Of a stretch of DNA of 64,000 nt, positions 60,796 to 64,000 are shown piece after piece. The DNA is taken from the NCBI GenBank assembly GCA_964291655.2, contig OZ219802.1, positions 224,001 through 288,000 on the forward strand, given 5' to 3'. Below the pieces are notes generated by a model. The model was not told the DNA's origin. It made no database searches and was given only the letters and a program-made list of their open reading frames with translations. This DNA is from Chloroflexota bacterium. Lineage in GTDB: Bacteria > Chloroflexota > UBA11872 > VXOZ01. The position numbers were made by a program, and so were the translations under genes. The first letter of the stretch is position 1. The number at the start of each line of letters is the position of its first letter.

Positions 60796-60887
60796 GCTGC
60801 CATCAGAAAATCTAAGTGACGAGTGTGGTGACAGGCGCCACGGTAGTGGGCGGCTGTCACCTGTATGGTCAAAAAGGAGCAGCAGCC

Positions 60888-62156
60888 ATGGCAATCAAGA
60901 CCCCCGTTGATACACGGCTCGCCATTGAAGGCGGCACGCCGGTGCGGTCGGCGGACGACCCCCTGCCGGGAATCTTTCCCCGCGACGTGCCGCAAGAGTC
61001 CTACGACAACATTCGAGAAGTTTTGGAAAAGGGCTTGTCTTCCGGCTACTTGCCGCGCTTTGAGCAGGAGTTCGCCGAGGTCAATGACGCGAAGTACTGC
61101 GTCGCTCTCGCCAATTGTACCGCTACTTTGCATACCATCATTGCGGCGATGGACATTGGGCCGGGCAAGGAAGTCATTGTGAACCCAATCACCGACCTTG
61201 GCTCGGTGGCCGGCATTATGGCCCAGGGCGCGATACCCATCTTTCCGGACGTGGACATTCGCACCGGCAACGTCACTGCCGAGACCATCGCGGCGGTCAT
61301 CTCGGAACGCACCGCGGCCATCATCGCGGTCCATTGGTACGGGCTGCTCTGTCCCATGGACGACATCGTGGCGCTGGCCAAGAAGCACAACATCCTTCTG
61401 ATCGAGGACGTGTGTCAGGCGCCATTGGCAAAATACAAGGGAATGAACGCGGGAACGTTGGGCGACGTGGGCGCCTTTTCGTTTGACGCCGAGAAACACC
61501 TTTCCGGCGGCCACGGCGGCGCGCTGCTGACGGACAACCAAGACATCGCCGACCGCGTCCATCTCTTCGGCGTCGCGCGCGGCGGCGTGCCCGTGGAACG
61601 CTACGGTCGCAAGCACGTGCGCTTTGGCCTGAACATGCGCTTCGGCGAGCTGGAAGCGGCCTTTGTGCTCGGCATGCTTCATATTCTCGAGGAGCAGAAC
61701 CAGCGGCGCCGCGAGACCACCGCTGCACTAAGTCAGCGGGTTGAAGAAGACATTCCCGGTCTGATCCCGCCCTACATCCCCGAGGGGGCCGACCACATCT
61801 ACTGGTATTACTACCTGCGCGTGGACCCGGATGCCTTTACCTGTGGCTTGTGGGACCTCTCCGACGCCCTCTTGGCCGAGGGCCTGAAAGCTGAGCCCGG
61901 ACCCTGGCAACTGGTGCCCGACAGCCACACGTTCCTGCACTCCAAGACAACTGTGGCCGGTGAATCGCAATGGCCATGGGACCATCCGATGAACGAGTTT
62001 GCCAAGGACATCGAATACAGCGCCGACATGGTGCCCATCGCCAAGGAGCACGTGGACACGACCATCCGCTGGAATTGGACGGATAAATATACCGACCAAG
62101 ACGTGGAAGACATGGCGACGATCTTGGCCAAGGTGACGGATCGCTACCGGGCGTAG
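60888..62156 (+). CDS. DegT/DnrJ/EryC1/StrS family PLP-dependent aminotransferase
   Basis: NCTATLH, AIIAVHWYG, IEDVCQA, FSFDAEKHL..GGA; AAGGAG SD before ATG 60888. Confidence 0.92.
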   Translation: MAIKTPVDTRLAIEGGTPVRSADDPLPGIFPRDVPQESYDNIREVLEKGLSSGYLPRFEQEFAEVNDAKYCVALANCTATLHTIIAAMDIGPGKEVIVNPITDLGSVAGIMAQGAIPIFPDVDIRTGNVTAETIAAVISERTAAIIAVHWYGLLCPMDDIVALAKKHNILLIEDVCQAPLAKYKGMNAGTLGDVGAFSFDAEKHLSGGHGGALLTDNQDIADRVHLFGVARGGVPVERYGRKHVRFGLNMRFGELEAAFVLGMLHILEEQNQRRRETTAALSQRVEEDIPGLIPPYIPEGADHIYWYYYLRVDPDAFTCGLWDLSDALLAEGLKAEPGPWQLVPDSHTFLHSKTTVAGESQWPWDHPMNEFAKDIEYSADMVPIAKEHVDTTIRWNWTDKYTDQDVEDMATILAKVTDRYRA

Positions 62157-62285
62157 AGTCAAGAGTTTCGAGTTCCGCGCTCTCTTGGACTGAGACTCGG
62201 CAGCCGTTCGTGCCGAGTGGGCTTCATGAAGCCCTGGTCGAAACATGAACGGCTGCCGGAAGCTTGCGAAAAACCTCGGATGAAC

Positions 62286-62328
62286 CTGTTCCGTTCAGCC
62301 TTCGACAAGCTCAGGCCGAACGGAACAG
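62286..62328. repeat. CTTCGACAAGCTCAG-type REP-like palindrome
   Basis: CTGTTCCGTTC..CCTTCGACAAGCTCAGGCC..GAACGGAACAG. Confidence 0.65.
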
Positions 62329-62414
62329 TCTTGTGGGCCCAGTAGCAGTCTTTTGGCTCCAGTAGACTGGAAAGCAACCAAGAACAGCCTGAGTTAGGCA
62401 GGGGGCCAAGTCTC

Positions 62415-63320
62415 ATGTATTCAAACGGCGCGCAATTCTGCCTTAGCATGACGTTCGACATTGAGATGTCCTATAACTTTCCCTACTGGGCATCCGATTA
62501 CGCTGACTACGGCGCAATCGATCCTCATGTGAAGCAATACGTCCACACAATGCTTGATGTCGCCAAGAAATACGACGTCAAGTTACAGTTCTTTATCGTT
62601 GGCAGCGCCTTGGAAGACCCAGACGTGGACTACCTCAAGCGGTTGGTAGCAGAGGGGCATGCCCTCGACAATCACACGTATCGGCACGTGAATGTAAAAG
62701 CGAAGCGTGTTGAAGACCTGCATCAGTCGTATCGGCGTGCGCCCTGGCGGGCCGGAAGTCTCACCCCCCTCGAGTGCTTACGTCACGAGATTAGGCAGAC
62801 CAGCAGGGGACTCCTCGAGCGGCTGGGTGTTGAAACGCGCGGCTTCCGCACACCCGGCGCGTTCGCCAATGGCTTGGAGGACATCCCTGAAGTGCAAGCA
62901 CTGCTCCAAGAGGAGGGTTTCCAGTTTGCCTCGGCGCACTACAAGTGTCCTACGGAACGCACGTGGCACCCTCCCCGTACCGAAATGGAAGCCGCCGTGC
63001 GTCTGAGCCTTGATTCGCTCCAGCCCTATCGCTATCCCAGCGGCCTACCCGAGATTCCAATGATGGGTCTGAGCGACGCCATTGCTTTTCGTTCGCTAGA
63101 CTTGGACCGTTGGGAGTACATTCACCATGCAACGATAGCGGTTGATCACGCGTACGAAAACGGCCAAATTCTGAGCCTCCTCGCGCATCCCTCATATCTC
63201 GCGGCCCGCGATCCCCACTGTGATATGCTTGACACCGTGCTGCGCCGCGCTCTCGACAAGCCCGGCGGCTGTTGGGTGGCAACAAACCAGGATATCAACC
63301 AGACAGTCTTGGCTGCCTAG
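62415..63320 (+). CDS. Polysaccharide deacetylase (NodB/CE4-like) family protein
   Basis: MTFDIE, GHALDNHTYRH, GFRTPG, LLAHP. Confidence 0.85.
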   Translation: MYSNGAQFCLSMTFDIEMSYNFPYWASDYADYGAIDPHVKQYVHTMLDVAKKYDVKLQFFIVGSALEDPDVDYLKRLVAEGHALDNHTYRHVNVKAKRVEDLHQSYRRAPWRAGSLTPLECLRHEIRQTSRGLLERLGVETRGFRTPGAFANGLEDIPEVQALLQEEGFQFASAHYKCPTERTWHPPRTEMEAAVRLSLDSLQPYRYPSGLPEIPMMGLSDAIAFRSLDLDRWEYIHHATIAVDHAYENGQILSLLAHPSYLAARDPHCDMLDTVLRRALDKPGGCWVATNQDINQTVLAA

Positions 63321-63490
63321 ACCCAATCTGAGCAAAAAGCAAGCTTCAGATATCGAGTCGGTTTCGCCTATGCTGCTTCGGTTCTTTTTCCATCTTGCTT
63401 TCGGCAAATTGGGCGCACGATGAGTACTTGCGCTACCGGCCGGAGTAGCTATCAGGTTGCCCGACAGGACTGAACCGAATTGCAGGGAAC

Positions 63491-64000
63491 ATGGGCTCCA
63501 TCGCAGGCACAATCGTAGATGGGCAGAGCGGCAACAAACTTGCAGCCAAAGTTTCTGTGCAAGGCAACGGCGGACTCTTTCACGCCCCTGAAGGCTCTAT
63601 CGCAACTGTTGGGACAACCAATCCCTACTTCTATGCAGATGGATCGTTTGCGGTTGACCTTCCTCGCGGCCAGGCGGACGTCCGCGTAGAACGCGGCACG
63701 GAGTATGTGCCCCTGCACGTGACCGTGTCGGTGCCGCTGAAAGGCACAGTGAACCTCTCGCTGCCGCTGCAGCGGTGGATCCGCCTGGATAGCCAGGGCT
63801 GGTACCCGGGCAACACCCATATCCACTACCGTGAATTCGAATCCCGGCCAGAGGAACGCCTCCGCTTTGATTCCGAAGTCGAAGACCTCACCGTTACCGT
63901 AATCAGCGTGCTCCAACAGCAAGAATTCGCGTACGCCACCAACCGCTACCCTGTGGGACGTATGGAACATCCAACCAGACCTCACTGGGTGCTGGACGTG
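63491..64000 (+). CDS. CehA/McbA-like PHP-fold metallohydrolase (runs off the window edge)
   Basis: Manual translation MGSIAGTIVDG..FYADGSF..VERGTEY..LQRWI..GWYPGNTHIHY; open to the window end. Confidence 0.75.
   Translation, partial: MGSIAGTIVDGQSGNKLAAKVSVQGNGGLFHAPEGSIATVGTTNPYFYADGSFAVDLPRGQADVRVERGTEYVPLHVTVSVPLKGTVNLSLPLQRWIRLDSQGWYPGNTHIHYREFESRPEERLRFDSEVEDLTVTVISVLQQQEFAYATNRYPVGRMEHPTRPHWVLDV

Noticed and set aside
60792-61682. 296-aa minus-strand ORF
   Set aside because: Antisense shadow of the DegT-family aminotransferase.

Overview
GC-rich bacterial chromosomal window. The 16S gene (shortened V7 helix) and the gene repertoire (orphan Tat-lipoprotein solute-binding proteins, PhyH, ceramidase-like and sulfatase-like enzymes, Fn3/cadherin adhesin) suggest an uncultured Chloroflexota-like organism, probably a sponge or marine symbiont; this is inference, not a classification result. 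Housekeeping elements: a stand-alone 16S rRNA gene with no linked 23S, RNase P RNA, tRNA-His, tRNA-fMet, tRNA-Glu and greA-lysS-serS. Accessory elements: a Sup-type polyketide/fatty-acid synthase cluster (3476-aa PKS, ACP, PPTase, hydrolase, NCS2 permease), many catabolic enzymes, a degenerate IS5 transposase, a 2192-aa surface protein preceded by 46-bp repeats, three MarR paralogues, a tRNA-Glu pseudocopy and several REP-like palindrome clusters. The most unusual observations are (1) two divergent ~50-54-bp repeat arrays running outward from an inverted REP pair at 49.4-50.0 kb, (2) a 16S gene with four mismatches to the 341F primer, (3) a likely ATA start codon for lysS overlapping the greA stop, and (4) a sulfatase-fold enzyme with Thr at the formylglycine position. 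All calls come from reading motifs by eye; no database search was run.
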